Origin: Patescibacteria group bacterium
GTDB taxonomy: Bacteria; Patescibacteriota; Minisyncoccia; Minisyncoccales; UBA5738
Assembly (NCBI GenBank): GCA_022710775.1
Contig: JAKLGH010000005.1
Span: 9,260-73,259 of the forward strand
Direction: 5' to 3'
DNA length: 64,000 nt
The notes under the pieces were generated by a model. That model saw only the letters and a list, made by a program, of their open reading frames with translations. It was not told where the DNA came from and did not search any database. Each line of letters starts with the position of its first letter. Position 1 is the stretch's first letter. This document shows positions 9,538 to 17,503 of the stretch, piece after piece. Both the position numbers and the translations under genes were made by a program.

Positions 9538-10062
9538 ATGCCCGAAGATTTCCTTGATCCCGCATCCATCATCAGAAGCCATTTGGAATTGAAGCCCGGT
9601 ATGGTTGCCGCTGATTTCGGGTGCGGTTCCGGCGGATGGACCATCCCCATGGCAAAGACCATGGAAGGAGGGAAGGTTTACGCTATCGATATCCAAGAAG
9701 AGCCTCTTTCCGCGCTTCGCGGGAAATTAAGATCGCAAGGGATATTCAACGTTGAGACTATCCGCATGGATGTTGAAAAGACGATTTTGCGGCTTTTGGA
9801 TAATTCCGTGCATTTTGTCCTGCTTTCCAACGTCCTTTTCCAGACCGACAACAAAAAAGGAACACTCGAAGAAGCGAAAAGGATTTTGCGGCCGGACGGA
9901 AAGATATTGGTAATCGATTGGGAAAAAAACGCAACAGCCGGTCCGGAAACCAGGATAAGCGCCGAGGAGGTGCGATCTTTGGCAGACAGCGTCGGATTGC
10001 TGTTTGTGGAGGCTTTCAAGGCCGGCGGATACCATTACGGCATTATATTTAAAAAACCGTAG
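9538..10062 (+). CDS. class I SAM-dependent methyltransferase
   Basis: Motif I VADFGCGSGGWT, followed by a typical Rossmann-like pattern (ILRPDGKILVIDW). Confidence 0.75.
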   Translation: MPEDFLDPASIIRSHLELKPGMVAADFGCGSGGWTIPMAKTMEGGKVYAIDIQEEPLSALRGKLRSQGIFNVETIRMDVEKTILRLLDNSVHFVLLSNVLFQTDNKKGTLEEAKRILRPDGKILVIDWEKNATAGPETRISAEEVRSLADSVGLLFVEAFKAGGYHYGIIFKKP

Positions 10063-10082
10063 CTTAGTTATAAATATTAAAA

Positions 10083-10490
10083 ATGCTTAAAAAAACAATT
10101 CTACCGGTTCTTTTGCTGGTTTTGGGATTGGGGTTAGGCCTCGTTCCGGCTATCGGGCGAGACGGTTGCGGCGCGTCATCGGCGGTTTTCGCCGCAACCA
10201 ACGATGAAGATGTGTCGGTTGATGTGGAATTCGTTAATCCCATTACCGACGATACCTTGGATAAAGTGATCAACAATTTGATCGATTTTGTTTTTACGAT
10301 AGCGCTGGTTGTTTGCCCGATTGTAATAATTATCGGCGGTTTTATGTTCGTTACGGCTTCAGGGGATCCTAAAAAGCTTGAAACGGGTAAAAAAATCATC
10401 TTTTGGGCGTTGATCGGTTTGGCCATAGCCATTATGGCGAAAGGGATTGTTATTCTGATAAGGGCGCTTCTCGGCGTGAAGAAAACTTAG
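10083..10490 (+). CDS. TrbC/VirB2-like pilin-type small membrane protein (paralog 1 of 6)
   Basis: Signal peptide, variable acidic region, TM helix, SGDPKKLETGKK turn, second TM helix. All six neighbours share this architecture. Confidence 0.7.
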   Translation: MLKKTILPVLLLVLGLGLGLVPAIGRDGCGASSAVFAATNDEDVSVDVEFVNPITDDTLDKVINNLIDFVFTIALVVCPIVIIIGGFMFVTASGDPKKLETGKKIIFWALIGLAIAIMAKGIVILIRALLGVKKT

Positions 10491-10555
10491 GCGGCCCGGG
10501 GTGTTTGATTTTAAAAAACCGTTTGCTAAAATAAAAATAGAAAAATACGGAAAAG

Positions 10556-10972
10556 ATGAAAAAAAGCCGGATCATCCAGGGAATATTGTTAACTTTATGC
10601 GCGGCAGCGTCGGGTGCGGCTTTCTTTATCGGTTTGGCCGATAACGGAAATCCGGGTATAAAAAACGCCATGGCGGCGGTTGCGGAAGAAAAGGATCCGA
10701 TCGAAGTGAAAGTCGATAATCCTATTAAAGCTGAAAGCCTGGAAGATATCATTGAAAATGTCATTAATTTCTTTTTTACGGTTGCTATCATTATTTGCCC
10801 TTTGATCATTATTATCGGCGGTTTCATGATGGTGACTTCGGGCGGAGACCCCGGAAAAGTGGAAACGGGCAAGAAAATGGTTTATTACGCGTTGATCGGA
10901 TTGGGGATAGTGGTTCTCGCGAAAGGGTTTGTATTGGCTTTGAGACAAATACTGAATGTTAAAAAAACATGA
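10556..10972 (+). CDS. TrbC/VirB2-like pilin-type small membrane protein (paralog 2)
   Basis: Same architecture. GGFMMVTSGGDPGKVETGKK is closest to paralog 1. Confidence 0.7.
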   Translation: MKKSRIIQGILLTLCAAASGAAFFIGLADNGNPGIKNAMAAVAEEKDPIEVKVDNPIKAESLEDIIENVINFFFTVAIIICPLIIIIGGFMMVTSGGDPGKVETGKKMVYYALIGLGIVVLAKGFVLALRQILNVKKT

Positions 10973-11021
10973 TTCCGGCGGCCAAAATAAAAAACGATAA
11001 AAAATCCGATTTTTTAAAAAA

Positions 11022-11366
11022 ATGAAAAAATTTATCGCCAGTTTGATTTTATTTGCTCTGTTCCTTGTTCCAGCCGGGGGTTTTGGGGCAACGCCCGACG
11101 ATGACGATGATTTTATCACCGAAGACGCGCCAACGCTAAGCGTGGAAACAGCTATCAATAATATAACCAATTGGGCCTTTGCTTTTGTGCTGACTATCGC
11201 GGTTTTATTTCTGATATTTGCCGGTTTCCAGTTCATCACCGCCGGCGGCGACCCGGAAAAGCTTACCAAAGCAAGAAGCAGTTTATTTTACGGGGCGATT
11301 GGAGTAGGCGTAGCGGTTATGGCGCGAGGGCTTGTGTCTTTTGTGAGAGGGCTGTTGGGAGAATAA
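11022..11366 (+). CDS. TrbC/VirB2-like pilin-type small membrane protein (paralog 3)
   Basis: Signal peptide, D-rich linker, FQFITAGGDPEKLTKARSS, second TM helix. Confidence 0.7.
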   Translation: MKKFIASLILFALFLVPAGGFGATPDDDDDFITEDAPTLSVETAINNITNWAFAFVLTIAVLFLIFAGFQFITAGGDPEKLTKARSSLFYGAIGVGVAVMARGLVSFVRGLLGE

Positions 11367-11438
11367 AAATATTAAAAAAATAAAACAACTAAAACAGAAA
11401 TAAAAAATAAAAAAAAATAAAAAAAAATAAAAAAAATA

Positions 11439-11804
11439 ATGAAAAAAATATTGATCAGCATTATGGTTCTGTTCTCCTTCCTTGGTTTGGCGTTTGTTCC
11501 GGTGGCGGTGAACGCGGCGTTGACTCCTCCGCCGGCCGAAGATGATGTCACAAAAGATACGGCCCCCCCAACCAACTCGGTGGAAGAAGCGATCAATAAT
11601 ATCATGAATTGGTTTTTCGTCATCGTGCTGATTGTCGCGGTTATGTTTCTGCTCTGGGCCGGCTTCCTGTTCATCACCGCCGGCGGCGACCCGGACAAGG
11701 TCAATACTGCCCGCCAGAACGTGATGTACGCGATGGTTGGCGTGGCTGTGGCCGTTCTAGCCAAAGGCATCGTGGCGCTGGTCCAGGGGCTGGTGCAGGA
11801 GTAG
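11439..11804 (+). CDS. TrbC/VirB2-like pilin-type small membrane protein (paralog 4)
   Basis: FLFITAGGDPDKVNTARQN. The C-terminal half is nearly identical at DNA level to paralogs 5 and 6. Confidence 0.7.
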   Translation: MKKILISIMVLFSFLGLAFVPVAVNAALTPPPAEDDVTKDTAPPTNSVEEAINNIMNWFFVIVLIVAVMFLLWAGFLFITAGGDPDKVNTARQNVMYAMVGVAVAVLAKGIVALVQGLVQE

Positions 11805-11846
11805 CCATATTAAGAATTAAAAAGCCGCGTCTAAATTAAAAAAACA

Positions 11847-12212
11847 ATGAAAAAAACATTAATCAGTGGAATAATCCTGCTTTCTCTTTTTGGCTTGATG
11901 ATCTGCCCGGCAACTTCCAGCGCGGCTTTAGATCCGCCTGACCCGGAAACTGATGTTACGAAAGATACAACCCCCCCAACCAACTCGGTTGAAGAAGCGA
12001 TCAATAATGTCATGAATTGGTTTTTCATTATAGTTTTAATTATCGCGGTTATGTTTCTGCTTTATGCCGGCTTCCTGTTCATCACCGCCGGCGGCGACCC
12101 GGACAAGGTCAATTCTGCCCGCCAGAACGTGATGTACGCGATGGTTGGCGTGGCTGTGGCCGTTCTAGCCAAAGGCATCGTGGCGTTGGTCCAGGGGCTG
12201 GTGCAGGAGTAG
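11847..12212 (+). CDS. TrbC/VirB2-like pilin-type small membrane protein (paralog 5)
   Basis: 121 aa, 100% identical to paralog 6. Confidence 0.7.
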   Translation: MKKTLISGIILLSLFGLMICPATSSAALDPPDPETDVTKDTTPPTNSVEEAINNVMNWFFIIVLIIAVMFLLYAGFLFITAGGDPDKVNSARQNVMYAMVGVAVAVLAKGIVALVQGLVQE

Positions 12213-12254
12213 CCATATTAAGAATTAAAAAGCCGCGTCTAAATTAAAAAAACA

Positions 12255-12620
12255 ATGAAAAAAACATTAATCAGTGGAATAATCCTGCTTTCTCTTTTTG
12301 GCTTGATGATCTGCCCGGCAACTTCCAGCGCGGCTTTAGATCCGCCTGACCCGGAAACTGATGTTACGAAAGATACAACCCCCCCAACCAACTCGGTTGA
12401 AGAAGCGATCAATAATGTCATGAATTGGTTTTTCATTATAGTTTTAATTATCGCGGTTATGTTTCTGCTTTATGCCGGCTTCCTGTTCATCACCGCCGGC
12501 GGCGACCCGGACAAGGTCAATTCTGCCCGCCAGAACGTGATGTACGCGATGGTTGGCGTGGCTGTGGCCGTTCTAGCCAAAGGCATCGTGGCGTTGGTCC
12601 AGGGGCTGGTGCAGGAGTAG
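12255..12620 (+). CDS. TrbC/VirB2-like pilin-type small membrane protein (paralog 6)
   Basis: 121 aa, 100% identical to paralog 5. Confidence 0.7.
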   Translation: MKKTLISGIILLSLFGLMICPATSSAALDPPDPETDVTKDTTPPTNSVEEAINNVMNWFFIIVLIIAVMFLLYAGFLFITAGGDPDKVNSARQNVMYAMVGVAVAVLAKGIVALVQGLVQE

Positions 12621-12675
12621 CGGCCGCAACGGTACATAATTAATGTTTGGGCTTGATATTTGTTATTTTAAAAAA

Positions 12676-12699
12676 CCCATCCCTAAGGGATGGGTTTTT
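12676..12699 (+). terminator. rho-independent terminator after the pilin-like array
   Basis: CCCATCCC / GGGATGGG stem with a short loop, followed by TTTTT. Confidence 0.7.
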
Positions 12700-12749
12700 G
12701 ATTCGCGTTCTTGGCAAAAGCCATAAGACGTCGTAAGATATGGTTGTTA

Positions 12750-12785
12750 GTTGCGGTGGCGGAATCGGCAGGCGTGATTCTGCCG
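12750..12785 (+). pseudogene. 5' fragment of a class II (Leu-like) tRNA
   Basis: GGTGGCGGAATCGG (12755-12768) duplicates positions 12805-12818 of the adjacent tRNA-Leu (acceptor/D-arm). No anticodon arm or T-arm follows. Confidence 0.3.
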
Positions 12786-12799
12786 GTTATCAAAAGAAT

Positions 12800-12884
12800 G
12801 TCGAGGTGGCGGAATCGGGAGACGCACTAGCCTTAGGAGCTAGCGGGGCAACCCATGGGAGTTCAAATCTCCCCCTCGACACCA
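12800..12884 (+). tRNA. tRNA-Leu (anticodon TAG), CCA encoded
   Basis: Acceptor GTCGAGG/CCTCGAC, anticodon stem CTAGC/GCTAG, loop CTTAGGA, long variable arm, T-arm GGGAG-TTCAAAT-CTCCC, then ACCA. Confidence 0.9.
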
Positions 12885-12915
12885 ATTTGACGAGTTAGCG
12901 AGTGAAAAGGTAACG

Positions 12916-12940
12916 AAAAAAGCAAAATTTGCATTTTGCT
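12916..12940 (-). terminator. terminator downstream of hsp20
   Basis: AGCAAAAT / ATTTTGCT stem (12921-12940), followed on the minus strand by a T run (rc of 12916-12920). Confidence 0.55.
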
Positions 12941-12971
12941 CGTATTCTCAAGGCTTATATGCCATTTAGGG

Positions 12972-13625
12972 TTAGCCTTTAATGACGATCCGTTTTTTTG
13001 ATTCTTTTTGCAGCTTAGGGATCCTGATCGTTAATATTCCGTCCCTCATTTGGGCATCGGTTTTTGAAGCGTCGACCTCGACCGGGAGTATGATTCTTCT
13101 TGAAAAAGCTCCCCAATAGCATTCTTGAATGAAATAATCGGCCGAATCGATTCGATAAGGGTTGTTTCTCTTGCCTTTGATGGTTAGAACATCGTCTTCT
13201 ATTAAGACATCCAAATCCTCTGTTTTGATGCCGGCAATAGCCGCCTGGACCACCAGATCGTTTTCCGTTTGGTACATATCGATTCCAAGCTGTCCTTCGG
13301 TTTCAAGCCACTCGCTATTCTCGGGTTGATCGTTTTCCGCGGGCTGATCGTCGATGGTTGGGATGCTTTTAACCTCAAGATTTCCCAGTTTTTTGTCCAA
13401 TTTTTTAGTTTTCTTAATTAAATTTTTCTTGGTTTGAGCCAAGCTTTTTGCAACAGGCTTTTCTTCTCTTTCTTCGTCTATGATTGCTTCGTCATTCTCT
13501 TCTTCGTTTTGATCTTCATCTTCATCTTCATTCTCGTCTTCGGAAAGCTGATTATCAACATTTTCGGTTTTTGTTTTACCGCTAGCTTTAGTGCCTTTTT
13601 TTAGTTTTTCCAAAAATGAAGACAT
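12972..13625 (-). CDS. Hsp20/alpha-crystallin family small heat-shock protein with long acidic N-terminal extension
   Basis: C-terminal alpha-crystallin domain (..LTIKGKR.., DGILTIRIPK), preceded by about 100 aa rich in E/D/N. Confidence 0.8.
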   Translation of the reverse strand: MSSFLEKLKKGTKASGKTKTENVDNQLSEDENEDEDEDQNEEENDEAIIDEEREEKPVAKSLAQTKKNLIKKTKKLDKKLGNLEVKSIPTIDDQPAENDQPENSEWLETEGQLGIDMYQTENDLVVQAAIAGIKTEDLDVLIEDDVLTIKGKRNNPYRIDSADYFIQECYWGAFSRRIILPVEVDASKTDAQMRDGILTIRIPKLQKESKKRIVIKG

Positions 13626-13784
13626 AATTTTGATTATTTTTGGCTAAGGGCTTACCCATGGAATATAAATTCGCAAGGATCCCTTATGTATTCCGCCCCG
13701 TATCTTGCGGGGGAGGAAACATTCTCCGGCCGCTCAACCGTGCCGGCCGGAATCACCCGGAAATATGCGATTAATTTGATTTTG

Positions 13785-14519
13785 TTATGTCAAAACTTCT
13801 TTGATCTTGCATACGCTTCCCATTTTTTTCAGCTTTTTGAAGTCTTTGTATAAAGATATGGCTAATCCGGTTAAAATGAGAAGGGGAACATACAAGTAAG
13901 CCACGCTTGTTTCGCTTTCTCCGCTTTTAATTATAAATAAATTATATAATCCATGCAAGGAGCTGGCTATCAAAATTCCTTTAAAAACGAGGCGTTTTCT
14001 CTTAAGCGGATTGCAGAAAGAAAGGGCTAAATAGTAGCCGATTGTTCCCGAACATAGGGTGTGCAGAAGAATTGCGCTTAATGCCCGGAACAAAGAAGTC
14101 ATAATCGCCAGATTCATTTGGATTATCGGCAACAAGAATAAAAGGTTTTCGATAGCGGCAAAACCCAGCGCTGAAACTATCATATAGATCACGGGATCTA
14201 CAGGCTCGTCAAGCTGGGAATTACGGTTTATCTCTTGCTCTTTCAGCCAAAAGGCTCCATATTTTACGAGTTCTTCGATAAAGGCGACTCCAATCACGTT
14301 GACCAGAATAGCGGTGGCCATGATCGGCAATTTTAAGTTATTGAAGAGATCGACTAAAATAACTTCGAAGATGATTGCCGGAACGGTAGCCAAGGCGCCA
14401 AAAAAGAAAACAGCAAGTATTTCTTTTTTTGGTTCCGGATGGACATCGGCTTTCAGATAAAACAAAAGCCAGGCAATGCTGGGAAAAAAACCAAACAAAA
14501 TATATAATAGATATGACAT
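13785..14519 (-). CDS. PrsW-family intramembrane protease
   Basis: Polytopic membrane protein with EELVKYGAF, GFAAIENLLF and HTLCSG..SLHGLYN motifs, characteristic of PrsW. Confidence 0.75.
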   Translation of the reverse strand: MSYLLYILFGFFPSIAWLLFYLKADVHPEPKKEILAVFFFGALATVPAIIFEVILVDLFNNLKLPIMATAILVNVIGVAFIEELVKYGAFWLKEQEINRNSQLDEPVDPVIYMIVSALGFAAIENLLFLLPIIQMNLAIMTSLFRALSAILLHTLCSGTIGYYLALSFCNPLKRKRLVFKGILIASSLHGLYNLFIIKSGESETSVAYLYVPLLILTGLAISLYKDFKKLKKMGSVCKIKEVLT

Positions 14520-14655
14520 AGCGGGAAGATTTTCCGATAAAAAACATTTTATCCGCTTGAACCTTTTTCAGCTTTTACCAGGAGCCATCTTGTCTTTATT
14601 TTAATTTTTTTCCGGTTTTTTTGAAATACCGCTGGATTAACCAAAGTAAAAGCCT

Positions 14656-15687
14656 ATGACAGCCGCAACAATTTGGCAGAGATTAAGGGTTGAAGAAATT
14701 TTTTTGCTGCTTTTTTCCTGTATTTGCCTGTTCCTTTTCCACTTCACGTCGCGCGGGTCAATCGGTATTGTTGATTTTCTTCTCTTAGAGGCGCGGGCTT
14801 TTACCGTAAGTTTTAGTTTTTTTCAGGGCGCGGTAATTTTAGCCGCGGCTTTTTTTATTTATATTTATATCAGGATTTTTCTTGACAATGCTATTTTGGC
14901 CAAAAAAGGGGATCCAATGCCCGGATTAAAGGATCTGGCCCGGAAGGCTAGCGGGTTGGCGCGGCCATCCTTTTTTTTGCTGCTGGGATTTTCCAGTTTG
15001 ATTGTCGTTCTTAACGGAATTACCGCAGATGCGCAAGGAAGGCTCATGAGCGGAATGCTGCTTGCTTGGGACAAAGCGCTTTTTGGAGTTTATCCTTTTA
15101 TTTGGTTTCATACAGCCGACAACCCGTTTAAACTTTTATTCGATTTTTTATCTCCCTTGACGATTTGCTGTTTTCAAGGACTAAGTTTGATGATCGGCGC
15201 AACTATCGCTTTTTTTGTGAAAAACCGAAAAATCTATCCGGCCTTGGTCATTTCTTTTTTTATGACAATGGCCATCGGATTGTTTTTTTGGTTGGTTGTT
15301 CCGGCAAATAGTCCGAATAATTATTATTTATCGGCAGAGCAATCAATATTAAGATATGAGCCAGCCAGCAGTGTTTCTATTTTCGAAGAAAAAGTGAGAA
15401 ACCGCCAGAAAGAACTTCCGCCCGTTTCCACTTTTCCCAGTTCCCACGTTCAGTGGGGCATGCAGATTGTTTATTATTGGGCTGTTTATAGCCGAAAAAC
15501 CCTTATTGTTTCCGTGCCTTGGTTTTTATTGATGTCTTTGGGTACGGTTTATCTGGCTCAGCATTACGCGGTTGATATCTTATTGGGAATTCCTTTGGGA
15601 GCGATATCGATTGCGGCGGCTAATTTCCTGGTTAAGCGGTTTGCGGGCGCTAAGCGGGGGGTGGAGGCGGAACGTTGTCCGGTTTAG
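14656..15687 (+). CDS. PAP2-superfamily membrane phosphatase/phosphotransferase
   Basis: Multi-TM protein with PAP2 C2/C3-like motifs FPSSH and AQHYAVD. Confidence 0.65.
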   Translation: MTAATIWQRLRVEEIFLLLFSCICLFLFHFTSRGSIGIVDFLLLEARAFTVSFSFFQGAVILAAAFFIYIYIRIFLDNAILAKKGDPMPGLKDLARKASGLARPSFFLLLGFSSLIVVLNGITADAQGRLMSGMLLAWDKALFGVYPFIWFHTADNPFKLLFDFLSPLTICCFQGLSLMIGATIAFFVKNRKIYPALVISFFMTMAIGLFFWLVVPANSPNNYYLSAEQSILRYEPASSVSIFEEKVRNRQKELPPVSTFPSSHVQWGMQIVYYWAVYSRKTLIVSVPWFLLMSLGTVYLAQHYAVDILLGIPLGAISIAAANFLVKRFAGAKRGVEAERCPV

Positions 15688-15770
15688 AGCATTTACTTTT
15701 TTATTTTTTTTGTTAGAATAAACTGGTTGCAAAAGGTATTTGCAATCAATATGGTCGAATATGATCAATT

Positions 15771-15842
15771 GGCGCTATCGTCTAACGGCTAGGACGTTGC
15801 CCTTTCAAGGCGAAAATACGGGTTCGACTCCCGTTAGCGCCA
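15771..15842 (+). tRNA. tRNA-Glu (anticodon TTC)
   Basis: Acceptor GGCGCTA/TAGCGCC, anticodon stem TTGCC/GGCGA, loop CTTTCAA, T-arm ACGGG-TTCGACT-CCCGT. Confidence 0.85.
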
Positions 15843-15960
15843 CATGTTGGCGGATTGCGGCGGACTTTTTTAACTCTAAATTTTTTGCCGCGCGCCTTAC
15901 GATCATTTTGGAAGTCGGTATTGCTGGCCAATAAACCGATTCGGGTCGGCTTCTTCGCAT

Positions 15961-17502
15961 ATGGAAATAGACTATATCAACCTTTCTAAAGCAGACGACC
16001 TTCCGGGGTCCCGGGCCAGAAGTCTTTACCGGTTTTTTGAGATTTTGCCGGGATTGCTTGCCTGGTCTACCTTGGTTTTTGCTTTGCTTTTTTCCTGGCT
16101 TATTCCGTTTTGGGTGGCTTTTTTCATTATCGCTTTTGATCTTTATTGGCTTTTGCGGGTACTTTATCTTTCCGTCCATCAGGTCGTTAGCTACCGAAAA
16201 ATGAAAGCTAATTCGTCTGTTAACTGGTTGAAGCGTTTGAAAAAAGAAAAAAGCGAAAAATGGAAAAAAATCCATCATCTGGTTATTTTGCCTGTTGCCA
16301 ACGAGGAAAAAACGATAGTTAGGGACGCGGTATTGTCGCTAGCCGCCAGTTTTTACCCCAAGGAAAAAATAACCGTTTTATTGGCTATTGAGGAAAGGGC
16401 CGGCGAGAAATCCCGAAAAGCGGCAACGGAGCTCAAAACGGAATTTAAGAATGCTTTTTGCGGTTTCTTTATAAGCGTTCATCCTGGCGGAATTTCCGGA
16501 GAATTAGCCGGGAAAGGGGCCAATGTCAATTGGTCTTTAAGAGAGGTTAGGGAGGGGATAATCCCGCATATTAAAGTCCCGCTGGAAAATGTTTTAGTTT
16601 CGATCTTTGATATCGATACCAAGCCGTATCCCCATTATTTTTCCCGATTGACCTGGGTTTTCTTAAACACCGAAGAACCGTTAAAAAAAAGTTACCAGCC
16701 GATTCCGGTTTACAACAACAACATCTGGGACTCTTCCGCCGTTGCGCGGATCATTGCCACTTCTTCGACATTCTGGCAAATGATGCAGCAGGAAAGAACC
16801 GAACAGCTGGTTACCTTTTCTTCCCATTCCATGCCGCTTAAAGCGCTGCTTGAATCGGAGTATCCTTCCAATGTCGTCTCCGACGATTCAAGGATATTCT
16901 GGAGGACTTATTTTAAAACATCGGGCGACTATCGCGTTATTCCGCTTCATTATCCGATCTCGCTGGATGCGGTGATGGCTCCGACGCTGGCCAAAACAAT
17001 GATTAACCAATACAAACAGCAGCGGCGGTGGTCTTGGGGCGTGGAAAACGTGCCCTACGTTTTTTTTAATTTTTTAATGAATCCGGCCAGCAAAAAAATC
17101 GGCTTCGGGGAAAAATTTTTCCATGCCTTTACGATGCTTGAAGGTTTTTGGTCTTGGGCAACCTGTTCAATTTTAACTTTCTGCCTTGGGTGGCTGCCGC
17201 TTCTTCTGGGCGGAGATAAATTCAGCTCTACTTTGATTTCGTATAATTTGCCTCTGGTTACTTCCAAAATAATGACCATGGCCATGATCGGCATGGTTGT
17301 TTCAGCGGCTACCAGCTGGCTGCTTTTGCCGCCCAAACCCGCCAAATACGGAAGGTGGCGGAGCCTGTCCATGATCTTGCAATGGGCGCTGTTGCCCGTA
17401 ACCCTTATAGTGTTTGGTTCTATCCCGGCCATTGAGTCCCAGACCCGCATGATGATCAAAAAACCGCTGGGTTTCTGGGTGACGGAGAAGGTAAGAAAGT
17501 GA
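15961..17502 (+). CDS. membrane-embedded family-2 glycosyltransferase (processive, QxxRW type)
   Basis: N- and C-terminal TM helices flank a GT-A domain (VILPVANEE.., FDIDT, QQRRWSWG). Confidence 0.75.
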   Translation: MEIDYINLSKADDLPGSRARSLYRFFEILPGLLAWSTLVFALLFSWLIPFWVAFFIIAFDLYWLLRVLYLSVHQVVSYRKMKANSSVNWLKRLKKEKSEKWKKIHHLVILPVANEEKTIVRDAVLSLAASFYPKEKITVLLAIEERAGEKSRKAATELKTEFKNAFCGFFISVHPGGISGELAGKGANVNWSLREVREGIIPHIKVPLENVLVSIFDIDTKPYPHYFSRLTWVFLNTEEPLKKSYQPIPVYNNNIWDSSAVARIIATSSTFWQMMQQERTEQLVTFSSHSMPLKALLESEYPSNVVSDDSRIFWRTYFKTSGDYRVIPLHYPISLDAVMAPTLAKTMINQYKQQRRWSWGVENVPYVFFNFLMNPASKKIGFGEKFFHAFTMLEGFWSWATCSILTFCLGWLPLLLGGDKFSSTLISYNLPLVTSKIMTMAMIGMVVSAATSWLLLPPKPAKYGRWRSLSMILQWALLPVTLIVFGSIPAIESQTRMMIKKPLGFWVTEKVRK

Positions 17503-17503
17503 A

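Larger units (their letters stand above)
11805..12620 (+). repeat. exact 2 x 408-bp tandem duplication (gene plus upstream spacer)
   Basis: 11805-12212 and 12213-12620 read identically wherever I compared them. The repeat continues leftward with a few mismatches into the 3' half of paralog 4 (from about 11563). Confidence 0.85.

Noticed and set aside
11563-12620. Pilin-gene repeats as template/variable repeats of a diversity-generating retroelement
   Set aside because: No reverse transcriptase is in the window. The few mismatches are not adenine-specific, and two units are identical.
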